Source of the DNA: Lama glama
Taxonomy: Eukaryota
Length of the DNA: 64,000 bases
Direction: 5' to 3'
Assembly: GCA_028534125.1 (NCBI GenBank)
Contig: CM052817.1
Coordinates: 75,580,001-75,644,000 of the forward strand
In this document: one piece after another, positions 39,191 through 52,514 of the stretch
Layout of the letters: the number at the start of each line of letters is the position of its first letter
Numbering within the stretch: the first letter of the stretch is position 1
Translations under genes and position numbers: made by a program
The notes under the pieces: model-generated
Database searches by the model: none
Told to the model about the DNA's origin: nothing
What the model saw: the letters and a program-made list of their open reading frames with translations, nothing else

Positions 39191-42100
39191 GGTGTGTGTG
39201 TATATAAGTTTCTGCAGAGTGATTTCTAAAAATATACCACCTACAAATAAACACACAGATGCACATATACAAAAATTATTACATGGTTAAAAAATAAAAT
39301 AAGAGCTTGCTTTTGTAGTAAAAAGGAACTAAAGTATCATCATCATTTTGAGAATTCTGAGATTTCAGGATACTACATCAAAATTTCTCTTTTTGAAAAC
39401 TTTTCTTTGTATCACTCATCTCAATATTCTATTAAGGCACTAAAATAATTTTAAAGAAATAGCTTGATTCTCTTTCCCGCACTCAGGCAGAAGGAAAACT
39501 TCTAATTTATCTCATGAAAACTGGTTGGAAAAGGAAAATTTTTTTACCAAAGGAAAAAAAAAGTCAATTGAAAAACTAAAAATATAAAAAGCCATGTTGG
39601 CCAAATGAAATAATAAATAGCTGTTTCACTTCAGTTCTCTCCCTCTAACCACATATCCACCTGTTTCTGTTTCTTTAACACAATATTCAGTCTTCCTGTC
39701 CAACACAATGTAATTATTTCACATAAATCAAAATCACACTCAACTGTTCTTCAAAAGAGAAAGAGTCAAAATTCAGTTACTGCTAGCAGCTGAAACTACA
39801 GGATCTCTTAGCAGTGCTCGTTCCTTCTGTTTTGTTAAATTGCTTCAACCACATTAAAATTCAAATACTATGGACTAAGTGATTTATTTACTAACACAAT
39901 CGTATGCTATAAGCAGTTGGCTAGGCTTTGACAGGTCATGTAACCCAAATCTCTCTAACTTGTAACTTTGACTCTTGGATCTTTCTGGATTCTATTCTCA
40001 TTTTCTTACATGTTTCATGGAAAAGGAGCACCGTTTCCTCATAATTTTCACAGAGAAATCACAATGTTAATCGATATTTGCATAATATCGATTTCAAATA
40101 GCTAGGCAACCCTCTAAGCTTTCAACTTAGTGGGGAAAATGTGTCTATTAGATTTATCACCTGATTTATTATAACCTCAAATACTGTCGAGTTGAATATT
40201 CTGGGAAATTAAACGAAAAAATGTTCCAAGTCGGTTAATAGGTACCAAAAGTTCTGCAGTGAAATGTTTTTGTTTATAACAGAAACAACAGGTTTTGAAT
40301 GAGAGGTCAATTGCTCACACTTTTCTTAGGAATTTGAAATGTATCTGATAATGTAACAAGAACCAGAACAAGCTATCACAACTTGATCAGGGTTGAGGAG
40401 AGATGCTTAGTCACTGAGACAAGAATGGAGGTTACTGGGGAGACATGGACACCTCTTCTGAACTTACTAACATGAGTCATGCATGCAAAACTTTTCTCAT
40501 TAAACTGCAAATATCTCAATATAAATGAGTTTATTCACTGCCAGTTTTTTTTAAAGACAAATAAAGACATGTTTAAAAATGCTTTCCTTGGGGGGAATGG
40601 TAAGAATCATACTTAAGATTCTTAATTAGTAGAGGACATTATTGATTTAGGAATAATATACCCAGATTTGATTATATAATGTGATTCACTTATAATGGAT
40701 TGATCTCTTTCTTATTCTAGATTTTTAAAAATCTGCTTATTCCCCAAGACATAGGCTTTTGCATTTTTGAATTGGTTCGCTTAGTGTTAGGATAGATTTT
40801 ATCAAAATATTGTTACATTTAGCTACACTTTAATAATATAAAAGGGCAATTTAACTTTGTGCAAAAGTGAAACAGAAAATGCTATTCTTGGGTCATTAAT
40901 AAGAGGCTATAAACTAGTTCTTCTGGTTTCATGAGCAAAAAATATATAGAAGTTGTAAGACATGAAGTCACATTTTTCTCTAAGGTGATCTAATTTTATA
41001 GTGTCTGACATATATGCAAATAGGATTTTGTAAAAAAAATCATAAAATATTCATAATGTTGAAGGGATGTTGAAGACTAGTACAACAAGGTTGTATATAA
41101 AATGCAATGTGGTGAATAATATATTTAGCTTCCTAATAGTGGAAATATGGTTTAAAAAACTAAGCATAATTTATAAATGACTTGATTACCTCTTCTATGT
41201 CAAATCATTTAGAGGAATAATTGAAAATTGCATCTGCTTAAATGAGCATGCATGATAGGGTTAAACCAATATAATACAAATGCATAACCTATACAAGTAT
41301 ATGGCTGCTGCATTTCAAGCCTCTGTATTGCTCTTGGCTAGAGGCATTTCTAACCCCTGAAGATGAGTGAATTAGCACTTGAACTACCAAGAGACTGCCA
41401 TGCCCTAAAGCCAAATTCTTAGGAAATAAGAAAACAGTAGTAGACATAATTATAATATTTTGCCCCAAGAAAATGATTCTTTTCTTTATTTTGTGTATTT
41501 CTGTGCACAGCTATGTGTGTGTTTAGATTTGAAATTACTCAGAAATTTTATTTTATTCTTTTGAAATTATTTTTAGAAAAAGAATACAGAATTAATATTT
41601 ATCATCATACTTAAGAGCCTACCATAGTCTGTTTATGCTTAACTATTTTTGTTCAACAAGGTTGGGTTCACAAAGTACCATAGATGCCAACTACCTATCA
41701 GATACTTTTCCTTTCCTTTATTTTAAAGTTAAAACTAGATCTTAAATAAAACTTACACAGTTATTTCATACTCCTCTGCATTATACTTTGATTTTGTTGG
41801 ACTTTTTTGTCCTGAATACTAAGTTAAGGTCGAGATAAAAATCATTCAATATTTTTACATATTACAGTTTTTCAGATTTTAATAACAGAAGACAGTGATG
41901 TGATATTTGACTGTACAACTTTGATCTGTTTTTAATGTTTTATGACCCTTTTCAGTTAATCTTTTGTAACATTTCTACGATTGATATACTATTTGAAGCT
42001 TAATACAGTCTATACTTTTAAAGTGGCACAGTGTCTTTGTTAACATTTTTTGATGAATAGTTGTGCTATTTACATTTACCAAATAAAATTAGATGAAACA

Positions 42101-43019
42101 TGGTGAGATAGACCTTTACTCTCTACCTTAAAGAAGATGGGATGTTTGTGCAAAGAAAAAATCTTCACTGTTTAATTTTTTGGCAGTTGCCACTAAGTAA
42201 AATGTTAAAAATTAAATCATCGTATCAGATATTTTTATTAAATATCCAGTATAATATCAATGTAATATTTATGTATTAAATTAAATATATTATTTAAAAA
42301 TCAGGACATATATTTTTAAATGTAAAACAAAATACAAAGGATATTTAAGAAAAAGAATTTACTGGTCTTTTTATACCTGAAAAAAAGAGTTAATAAAAAT
42401 CAAGATTTGTATTCATAATGAAAATAATATGAATGTATATGTGTATGTTTATCTTCATATTTAGATACATGATGCATTTATTAATTACTTTCACATCATT
42501 AAAATATTTAATTTTATTACCAATAATACAGATCAATTTGTTTATTTAGTTAGTACATATAACAGATATTTATACCATAATGTAGTTAACCAGTCTTCTT
42601 TTGAAGGACATTTTGCTTATATCCAATTTTTCATTAGTACTATCCAGAAGATAAACTTAATTTCTATTTTAACTAGTTTATCAACAAAGTGTCTGGATTT
42701 TTGTTAGATGTCTTATTGGAGTCTACTAAGAAGCTTTTTTCCCTTTAAAGTGTGTAACGAAAAATAGTGATGGATATTATCATATTTGGGCACCCATTTC
42801 CATGTGATAGAGGAAAATTATTGACCGATGTGATTGGAGTTGTATTGTATGGGAAATATTGCTAGCAATTATGTAGAGAGCAAGGGACCAATATTAGAGC
42901 CTAATGAAGACCTTGTGTACTTTTCTAGGACACTTTGGTTTAAATATGATCAGTTGTTTGTATATAAAATAGACAAAAAGAGGTTAAAAAGTAGTGGTGT
43001 GAAACTCTTGGTTAAGGCA

Positions 43020-43660
43020 GGTAGGTGCAGTTTATGAGAGGTCGTTGAATTTGGAAAGTTTAAAAGAGATAATGTGATCACTAAATTAAATATGGGGTAT
43101 GAGAGAAAGAATAGGGCAAATGTCACTTTAGTCTCTTAGCCTGAGCAACTGGGTGGATGTTGGTATTGTTTACTGTGATGAAAACTACTTGGAAAATAGC
43201 AGGAATGTGGCTGGAAGTATACATCTGTTTTGCACATGCATAATTAAAATTAGCGCTAGAATTATAAATTTAGGAGATACTAGAATATGCATAGATATTT
43301 AGTTAATAGAACTAGATAGTGTCACTTAGTGCTGAATATAGGTAGAGAAGTTTGACGACTTATTCCGGGAACAGATCAAATTTCCATGGTCAGGTAGGAC
43401 AACCAAAGACAAAGAATTGCCAATAGGGTAGTAGAAAATCAAACTGTGAAATAAGGGAAAACAAGTCATATGAGGTTGGAGTGATTAACTATTCTAAATG
43501 CTGCTGAATATTGATCATTTGATTTAGTAGTCTACAGCCCATTATTGATCTTGACACACATAATCAGTAGAACACTACATAAGAAAGTCTGTGTGTGGAA
43601 TTAAGAAAGGATGAGATGTGGTCAAGTGGGAAGAGTGAACGTTTACAATTTAAGGAAGCA
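43020..43660 (-). mobile_element. Degenerate L2 fragment
   Basis: ttagcctgagcaactgggtggatgttggtattgtttactgtgatg and ctagaattataaatttaggagatactagaatat resemble antisense L2. Confidence 0.65.
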
Positions 43661-43799
43661 TCAGTAAAGTCATCAGTAAAGAGATCATATCTGGATAAAA
43701 ATCTAGGATTAAAGTAATTACTTAAATGTATTAAACTCAACCATTTCTTGTGATCCTTCATTTATATACGTTATGTATTAGCGAAATTAGAGAGAGCAG

Positions 43800-44660
43800 T
43801 GAAATATGATAATTTTCACCAACTGGTATCTTTGTAGAATTTGTGGGTGCCATTGATCTATCTTTGGTAGTGACAGAGAACTGGCACTTTCCACTTAGTG
43901 ATTCCCACTATAATAATCTTAGCATCATTAGCAAGGTAACCATTGTAGAGATTCTGCTATTTTCTAAGTATATCTACTCCAACTATTAAAGTAGTGAAAC
44001 AGTTTATCATGTAATGGCATCTGCACACTAGGGAGTATACCATTAGTTGAGCTTGTGTCAAAACCCTTATCACTTCTAAAATGTTACCTCCGTCTAGTAA
44101 ACCACAGACACGTTCCAGTATCCAGAAATTAATATTGACTTAGTTATATTTTCCATGATCCTGAATGATAAGGGTGTTTTCCTTTCTTTTGTAAGTACCT
44201 AGCTAAATAGCTTCAGGACATTTGTCTGAAGGCTTGGAGTGACATTTAGAATATTTTTTGTGTTACTACTGCAGGATCCTTTCTGAAGTTTTTTAGTGTC
44301 AACTTGGTGCTGTCTGGGACTGTGGATTAATCTAGTAAGTAATTCAAATGTATGGACAGAATTATCTATTGTGGTGGCTCAGGTTACACCTCAGTTTATA
44401 TTATCTGGGGTTTTATTGTTACTTTCGTTGTTACTAAAAATCGATTTCCCATCTATTTCGGTTCCATGGTACCAGCAGATTGAATTACTCTGATACCACT
44501 AAAGTGCTGCCTATTTTGGTAATCTTACCTTTCCTCTAATGGTAAAGTGTTTCTGAGCTTTCCTTCTCTGAACTCTGCCATCTTCATTGAAAACTGAGAA
44601 CTCGTTTCAACTGGCCGTCCCATAATCACAAAGAGCTATTCAAAAGCGATAGGGCTACCC
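43800..44660 (-). mobile_element. ERVL internal remnant (gag C-terminus and protease region)
   Basis: The - strand resembles recalled ERVL gag/pro sequence (accattagaggaaaggt...gaaatagatgggaaatc; ccaagccttcagacaaatgtcctgaagctatttagctagg). Highly decayed. Confidence 0.6.
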
Positions 44661-44719
44661 TCACGGGTATAATTCTCAATGCTTTATAATGGAAATACTT
44701 TCTAGAGTTTTTTCAAGTT

Positions 44720-45200
44720 ATCAAATATTAATGGATTGAGCCTGTATTGCAGGCGCTATTCTAGATACATTCAATACTAAACAAGAGACAAAAAGTCTTG
44801 CTCTCATAGAGTTTGTATTCCACTTGAACTCAGATGTTGAATAAAAGAGTAAAATACAGAGTATTTCAGAAAGTTATATGTGCTTTGGAAATAAAGCAGA
44901 GAAGAGCCTTTGAAGTGTTGGAGGGTGTGATGAAATTTTAAATAAGTTCAGGTAAAATCTAACTGAAAATGTGGCATTTAAGGCAAGACCTGGAGAGGTG
45001 AAAGCAAGCCACATGGGACATGAGACTGTGGTTGATGGAGTATGGAGGGTGTTAGTCGGCAGAAGAAACATCAAATGCAAAGACCCTGAACTGAGACCTT
45101 CCTGACATATTTAAAGAATAGTAAGGAGTCAGATATGGCTGGATTGGAGAAAGATAAAAGAGGAGAGGTTCAATAAGTGAGGAGCGGAGATTGGGGAATA
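44720..45200 (-). mobile_element. L2 3' region
   Basis: attgagcctgtattgcaggcgctattctagatac...gacaaaaagtcttgctctcatagagtttgtattc...agaaacatcaaatgcaaagaccctga. Confidence 0.8.
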
Positions 45201-45304
45201 GAACATATTCAGTGTGTTTCTATCAGAATGATTCTCTGTAAATTCAGGTTATTGGGCAATTACTGGATGCATGGTAATTGAGTCTTTTTGTTGTTGTTAT
45301 TGTT

Positions 45305-45335
<31 letters not shown>

Positions 45336-46249
45336 CCGCTAAATGTATTTTCAGGGAAGCTATGCCATTTTACATTCCCAACAGCAATGTATGAATGATC
45401 CAGTTTCTCTAAAAATTTACCAACATTTGTTGTTTTTATTTATTTTTTTTGTTTTAGCCATTTAGATAGATGTGTAGTGATATCTCATTTTAAAAAATTT
45501 AAATTAACAAACTATGGTTTTTGAGTAGTTTTCAATTTTATAGATAAATTAAATTTCTCATATATACCATGTAAATCTTTATGTACAGATAAAATTAAAG
45601 TTTTTTTTTAACAAGTTTCAACTGATAAATTTACTCCAATAGTCCAACCTCTCTAAGAGATTAAAATCCTTCCTCTGCAAAATTTCTAAGAAATTTCTGT
45701 TAGCTTTATATCACAGGACAGTCATTGAGTCCTCATTTACGTAATTAACCAAGCAAATGTAAAAGCCATGTTATACTTTTAATGCTAGCATATTAGATTC
45801 AGATTTTCAGATAAATGCACCCATTGTGATACGTATAACTCAAAAGCATTTTTCTTCTGTTGGATTCTTAGTTTGAAAATCAATTTACAGTTATATTCTC
45901 CATTTACCTGTATAAAGTATGACTTTTTTTCATTTATTTTTCAGTATAATTCTTTTTTATATTAAATTTGGACTTAAAATTGGCATACTGATGCATGTTG
46001 ACATCAGAGTTTAGTTGCAGATCTGGATAAATGAGGAGCAGTGGAGGTGAAGTTAACTTCTTGCAACCTAACACACTGAGTAGACAACTAGGTAGAATGA
46101 TTATTGCAGCTGAAACACCATCATTGTGCAGTAGAGAAAAAAAAAAAGACTGGCAATAAAACTTCACTGATAATGTATGTTTTTGGTTTTTGAATACTCC
46201 TTTTATCTCCATTTCAATTTATGGGGTTCTGGTGTTTGTAAATCATTGC

Positions 46250-47470
46250 CTTATCCTGTATTTATTAAAGTTTTGGTTGATGTGGATTTAACTGATGCTG
46301 AATTCTGGCTCAGTATTCCAGGTCTGAGAGAGAAGTATTCATTTTGATGCTCTTTTAAGCACCCTAGTGCCTTGAGACAAACATTTAGACACCTGAATTT
46401 CTCATTTTCTTCTTTGACAACACTCTTAATGAACATTCTTTTCCTGCAAAGGTCCTCTAATCCTTTGTGACCTTGCTGGCAATCTATGACAGGGGACACT
46501 TGGTTCCCCAGGCCTTCCCTGTAATAGTCATTTCATGACTAGCGGTCACTGATGACATTTCAGTTGTCTTTCTCCACTTTATGACATTTACTGACAAAAT
46601 TGTCTCTTTTTAATTACAGGTATAATTTCATGGCATTTGAGCCAAAAGTAGACCCCAAAGCTCTATCACACCTCCTAAATTCTCTATAATTCTAGTTTTT
46701 GACACTCTGTTTCTCTATACTAATTTTTATATCAGCGAAGTGTTTTATATGTAAGTGACTGAATACAACACTGGCTGATTTTAGGGAAGACATATTGATC
46801 AGAACTCTCCAGAGAAACAGAATCAGTAGAATGTTTTTATATAAATATAAACATAAAATAATATATAATAAATAAGTATAAAATATATAGAAATACAAAT
46901 AAACACTCTTTTCACAGAAATTTATTGTGGCGGCCATACGGCAAGTCTGAAATATGTTAAGGTAAACCAGCAGACTGGAGATTCAGGGATGAGTTGATGT
47001 TGTAGCTTTAGTTTAAAGATAAAATTCTTCAGGAAGCCTCAGACTTTGTTCTTAAGGCCTTCAATTGGTTGGATACAGCTACCCACATTATGGAGGATAA
47101 TCTGCTTTACTCAGTCTACTGATTTAAATGCTAATCACATCTGAAAAATACCTTCCTAGCAACATCTAGATTGGTATCAGTGTCATGGCCTAGCCAAGTT
47201 GACATATAAAATTAACCATCACAGATGGATTAGAATATACACGTAGCTTATAAAATTGTAGTGAGGCTTAAGAGAAATGCAGAAATATAAACCAGGCTGA
47301 ACACTAGAAGCTACATCTTATCCACCTGATTTCCTTGCCACAGAGACTCAGGCTATTCAAGATTACTAAAGGGATTATAGTTTACCAGTGCTGTGAGGCA
47401 AACTTCATCTTCTTTTAACTATCAAAGCCACCACCCATGCTACCCTGCTTGACCAACAGCCGTAGTAACA
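46250..47470 (-). mobile_element. ERVL gag N-terminal remnant with an old 5' LTR (about 46735-46790 and 47224-47470), split by MLT2
   Basis: ORF 46251-46499(-) contains VKEENEKFRCLNVCLKA, similar to the ERVL gag coiled coil (KENDKLR.LNSQLK). An LTR/internal junction-like ctgatataaaaattagtatagagaaacag is present on the - strand. Confidence 0.55.
46791..47223 (-). mobile_element. MLT2 (ERVL) solo LTR
   Basis: ctccagagaaacagaatcagtaga...cccacattatggaggataatctgctttactca...ggcctagccaagttgacatataaaattaaccatcaca is a classic antisense MLT2. Confidence 0.92.
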
Positions 47471-47514
47471 CTAGGGAGAAACTTTGGTCTTAGCTTCTAT
47501 TCATAATTTCAGTT

Positions 47515-49085
47515 ATTTTTGTTCAATACAAATCTTTGAATCAATTATTACATTCCAGAATGCTATTAAATTTTGGCGCTGTGACAGAAATCAAAACCAA
47601 GATCCCTGATTGTATGGAACTTGTATTATAAAATGGAATAACAGACAATAAATAACATTAGATGGGTGCTATAGAGATAAATGGTGAAATGTAACTATTA
47701 GACCACAGTTTTGACCACAGTTAATCTAACTGTAAATGTGACAATTGATAAAACTATCACAAGGAAATGAGGGAGTGAGAAATACAGTTATGTCTTAAGA
47801 GAGTCTAGATTCTTTAAGGTCATATGGCCACATTAAAGATCTGGCTCTTTCCTTAAGGGCTAGGGCAATGTATGAGTGTTTTAATCAGAGGAGTAGCATG
47901 GCCTGATGCATGTGTAATATGATCTCTCTGGCTCCTGGGTGGAGAATACTGAAAGGAAGCAAGAACTAAAAAGCAAAGAAACTAGTGAAATGGCCATTCC
48001 AATACCATGGTGAGAGAGGAACGTTTGGATCAAAAGTCTATTTTGAAGGTAGAATCATCTACATTTGCTACTGAATTAGTTGCAGTATGTATATGAAGAG
48101 TCAGATAATTCTGAAGCATGTGTCCTGAGGAACTAGAAAGATATAAGAGTTGCCATAAATGATGAAGAAGAAGAATAATTTTCAGAAGTTCAGTCTTGGG
48201 CATGTTAAATTTATGATTCCTATTAGTCATACAAGAGGAGAAGCTTAATAAAAATGTGGATATTCACCTAGGCTTGGAATACAGCACCATATAGGTTGAT
48301 GTTAAAGCCAAAGTACTAAATGAAGTCACCAAGCAAGTCAGTGTAGGTAGAGATAAGATTTAAAGGCTAAGTCCTAAGTTGCATCTTGATTAAGAAGTTA
48401 AGGAAAGAGGAAGACACAGTGAAGACAGACTGTAAAAGAGGAACCACTTATATAAAGCAAGAAATAAAAAGGTCTCTGCTCCAGTATTCTCCACATAGCA
48501 GCCAGAGGGATTAAATCATGGACGTCTTCTATTTAAAATCCTCAGAATTCCATTCTTCTCAGAGTGTGATCAGAAGAAAAAGAAGTAACTGCTCTTTAAA
48601 TTATTGCAGACATATGAAACATTTTTAATTAAAAAAATGCTGCAGACAGAACAATGAGGACAAACAGTGAAATGTTTGGATTGAGCAAAATGATGGTCAT
48701 TGTTGATGCATGACAAGGGGTCATGAGAAAAATATTAAAGTGAATTCACAGGAAATTGGAAGAGAGAATTTATAGACATTGTATACAAGCAAATTTCCTT
48801 TAAAGAGAACCAAGATGGAAGTTTGAAGGTGAAGTGGAATTAAGACTTTCTTTTTCACATTGGAGACATCATAGTTATGATCTAGTTACTCAATTAAGAG
48901 AGAAACATTGGTGATGCAAGGGAATGATGTTAGCATTACTGGAGCAATATTCTTGAGTTGGTGACTGAAGATGTGACATAGCACACAAATAAAAAGCAAG
49001 GGCTTGGCTAAGATCATCAACAGTTTATACAGAGAGACAAGGACAAAAATGGCAAAATTTATGGGCAAAAATGCAGGTAGTCTGG
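47515..49085 (-). mobile_element. Long L2 fragment with an opposite-orientation L2 piece at about 48471-48565
   Basis: Antisense L2 motifs throughout (tattttgaaggtagaatcatctacatttgctactgaatta; gttcagtcttgggcatgttaaatttatgattcctattag). Confidence 0.8.
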
Positions 49086-50218
49086 TAATTAATCCAAATC
49101 TGTCATGGGGGTGTGTAAGTGGAAGACTCCAGGTCTACAAATCTTTCCTAGACCTGCAAGGACTTCGAACACAGTTATTTTGCATTTTCAGCTTCCAGGG
49201 TAGGGAACTGATATTTGACTTCCATAGTCGCATATCAGGGATATCTCCATGGATAAGAATTTAGTTTCAATTCTAGATTCTAAAAGATTTTGTCTGTTAA
49301 GTTACTATCATGAGTAGAGGAGCACCTCCTGACTTCCCAGTAGTGGTTCTGGTTTCTTTCATGATTGGATTAAATTGAGTTCCTGTTACCTTGCCACAGC
49401 ATCTCTCCATATATTCTGAACCAGACTCCAGAGCCCATACCCTATAGTTTTACTTCCCCAAACAATTTTATTAGACTTCCATTTCTATTACTTACTTGAT
49501 TGTAACCCAAGCTATCTCTTTTTAATATTTAAAATGTGCTTATAATTACTCTGTTTGCTCTTCAGTTTGTATTACTTACATTTTTGAACCAAGCTATCTT
49601 TTCATAATATATAAAGGTTATCTATAATTATTCTATGAGATGAACAGAATGATTCAAAGGACATCATCTAGAGACCTGAAAATGAGAAGACTTTATTATA
49701 TGTTAAATATTCCTTGGTTTAAGACCTTTTTCTAATCTTTGCAATCTTTTTTACTTAAGTTTATCAGCCAAGATACAGAATTTCATTTATTAGCCAGTGA
49801 ATTTTGTTAACACAGGCTAGCATGAATTTGCCTTATGTACAAGGCAGAACTTCAGAAGCCTAATGGAACTTAGCTTGAAGTCTTATTGAAAATATCATGT
49901 CTTTTTTCATTCTGGGTCAAAATAAACATTCACAACTCTCCCTAGTCTCTATTTAAGGCCAATCTTTCCTAGTAGGGGTAGTGATACTGTGCATGAGGTA
50001 GAGAAAGAATATTCATATGCTTCGTTTTAAGATTTTGTAATTACATTTTTTTTACGTTCTCATTTGGCTTTTCCTAGCTGGCTGTGAATAACTAACCACT
50101 GAATTTTTCTCTTCCTCCTGTTCTCAGCTGTTCAATATATTGAAAATATTTCTGTGACTATCTGGCAAAAGTATTTATCTTTCCCCTGATTTGAGCACTA
50201 ACAGATTTTTCTTCATAG

Positions 50219-50319
50219 ATTTTTCTGCTTCTGTATATTCTTTCTTGTCCTTTCAATGACAATTTCCTAACTGGCCTGCCTGATTTCACCACCAGGAACA
50301 GTGATATACAGAAATTAAG
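50219..50319 (+). other. Candidate internal exon (101 nt) of an unidentified transcript
   Basis: Branch-point-like CACTAAC (50196-50202), acceptor atttttcttcatag| and donor AAG|gtatgc. One frame is open (IFLLLYILSCPFNDNFLTGLPDFTTRNSDIQKL) but I do not recognise it. Confidence 0.33.
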
Positions 50320-52054
50320 GTATGCATTAATGATTAAAAAAAATCAGAACTGATAAGATCCTAGTATTTTTCACTTTGATTTTATTATAGGTTTTATTTT
50401 ATAGTAAAATACATTTCGTATTTTAGTGAAATTTATTAATTGTGATGCCCAAAATCATTGGTTTATAATCATCTACTTTTGTAGTAAATGTTTTATATAA
50501 ATGTATATAAAATGTATAAATTGGAAGTTTTTAGAAAAATATCAGTTATTCAAATGTAAAGATACTTAGTCTAAAAGTATTTTTTGTGTGTTCTGATGTA
50601 CATTTGAAAAATAGTATTTAGTATTAAACTTCCCTTTGGCCATCATAAAGTTCTTTTAAAGATTTCCATTGCAACCTTTTAAAAATCTTTCATATTCAAG
50701 GTGACTTTAATTATGTTATTAAAAATGAATATTTTTACTTGATATACATTTATAAGATACATTATATATAACTCAAGTTACACTTTTAGAAAATAGTATT
50801 TTGGACAACTTACTTAATATATAAGTTTACGCTAAAAGCTTCAGTTTTAGGAAAACATACTCAATTTCCACAACAAATATATAAAGCAAGTTCCTATTTT
50901 TCAATTTCACTGAGCAATGTACTCATCATAAAATATTTTAGTTAGTGATCTCTTTAGGTTATAATTAAATCTCAAATAATAAGAAGGTTAGTAGAATAAT
51001 TTAAATAACAGGCATATTTTAAAAGAAGCCATAGTTAATATAAAGTTGAATTTAATTAAAGTTAATATAACAGAAATGCAATTATGTTTTATTGAAAAGG
51101 AAAGAACCTTTGGAATATATAACTCATGCTTCTGTATATAGTCCTTGGTGTGTATGTTATAACAAATGTATTGATTGTTATTAAAGATAGAATCCAGTAA
51201 AAGTACAACTATTATAATCTATAAAAATAACTAAACCTTTCCTGATCACCTTATAATGTATTTATATTAACCAGATGCAATTTTAAAGTATTCACTATCA
51301 GTGGATTTTACTACTGCTGTACTTCCTCATTGCAGTTGATGCATAATATTCTGTAAATGATGCAATCATTTTTAACTTTTTTTCTATAAAATTTCATTAT
51401 ATTTCAAGTTATATGATTCACTTAGGCTACAATATGTAACATTTAAACTCCATTTAAAACATTACTAAGCAACCTTACATATTTATATGATACACTCACC
51501 ATGGAAGAATTGGTTGAATCTTACTTTCTGGTGTGAAATGTAAGGAATTAAAATTTAAATATGTCTTAGAATGAACTAAAATATGCTCCATATTATGGAA
51601 AGGTTTACTTGTGAAATAATTTTTATCTTAAAACATTATATATGAAAATAAATCCATTTACCTGATTAATTTGCTAGCTCTTCTTTTCAGTTAAGACATT
51701 CAGTGCTATTAGGTCTTTAAATGTGAGTGAATTTATGGAATTAATTAACTGAAATCAGTATAGCACTTAAACATTACAGAGTCCTTTCCCGTATAATGAT
51801 CTCATTGACCTTATTTGATGTGATATAATAATCCAGCTCTTGGTGTAAGATTATAACCTTCACGTGAGAAAATTTTGAATATGCATTTTTCTTTTTACTA
51901 TTCCACTATAAAAGGTAAGAAGAGTAGAGAAGTTTCAGAAAACAAGACAAAAATTACAACAAAACACAAAAAACGTTTATTTTGTCCTGATCTGGAAGTA
52001 TTAAACCAAGTGTATATCTTAGTATTGACTTTGCCTCACTAACTAGATAAAATG

Positions 52055-52514
52055 TGTGGTAGCTGTTGTTGCTGCAAATGTCCCATCAGTATTTAACTTT
52101 TTGCCACATCAGACTAATTTCCAGCTGCCAGGCTTCATGACTTCTTTCCTGAGGGTTTCTCGCCCTGTAGAGCCTGATATGCCCACGTCACATGGAAGTG
52201 CTAGTGAACTAACATGCCCCTGGGAGCAATTCTCAACCAGTGACTAATGGGAATTGATACAGATATACCCCAGGTCCCATTCCTCCAAGTGAATTAACAC
52301 TGAGCTGAGCTGTATGTTCTAAGTGAAATTCCTTAGTTTCACATCAGGCTTTATCTTCAGTTGCTCACCATGGTAGCTTGCACTGGCTTTTTTTCCCTTC
52401 TCTGTTATATTTTTCCTCTCTCCTACCAATATTTCTTGGGGACACCTTACAAGTAAACGAATTTTATGCAAATCCTCATATCAGAGTTGGGCCCTAGGGA
52501 AATCTAAAATGACC
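52055..52514 (+). mobile_element. ERVL solo LTR (LTR16/LTR33-like)
   Basis: Starts tgtggtagctg, contains gggagcaattctcaaccagtgactaatggga, and ends atgcaaatcctcatatcagagttgggccctagggaaatctaaaatgac. Confidence 0.7.
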
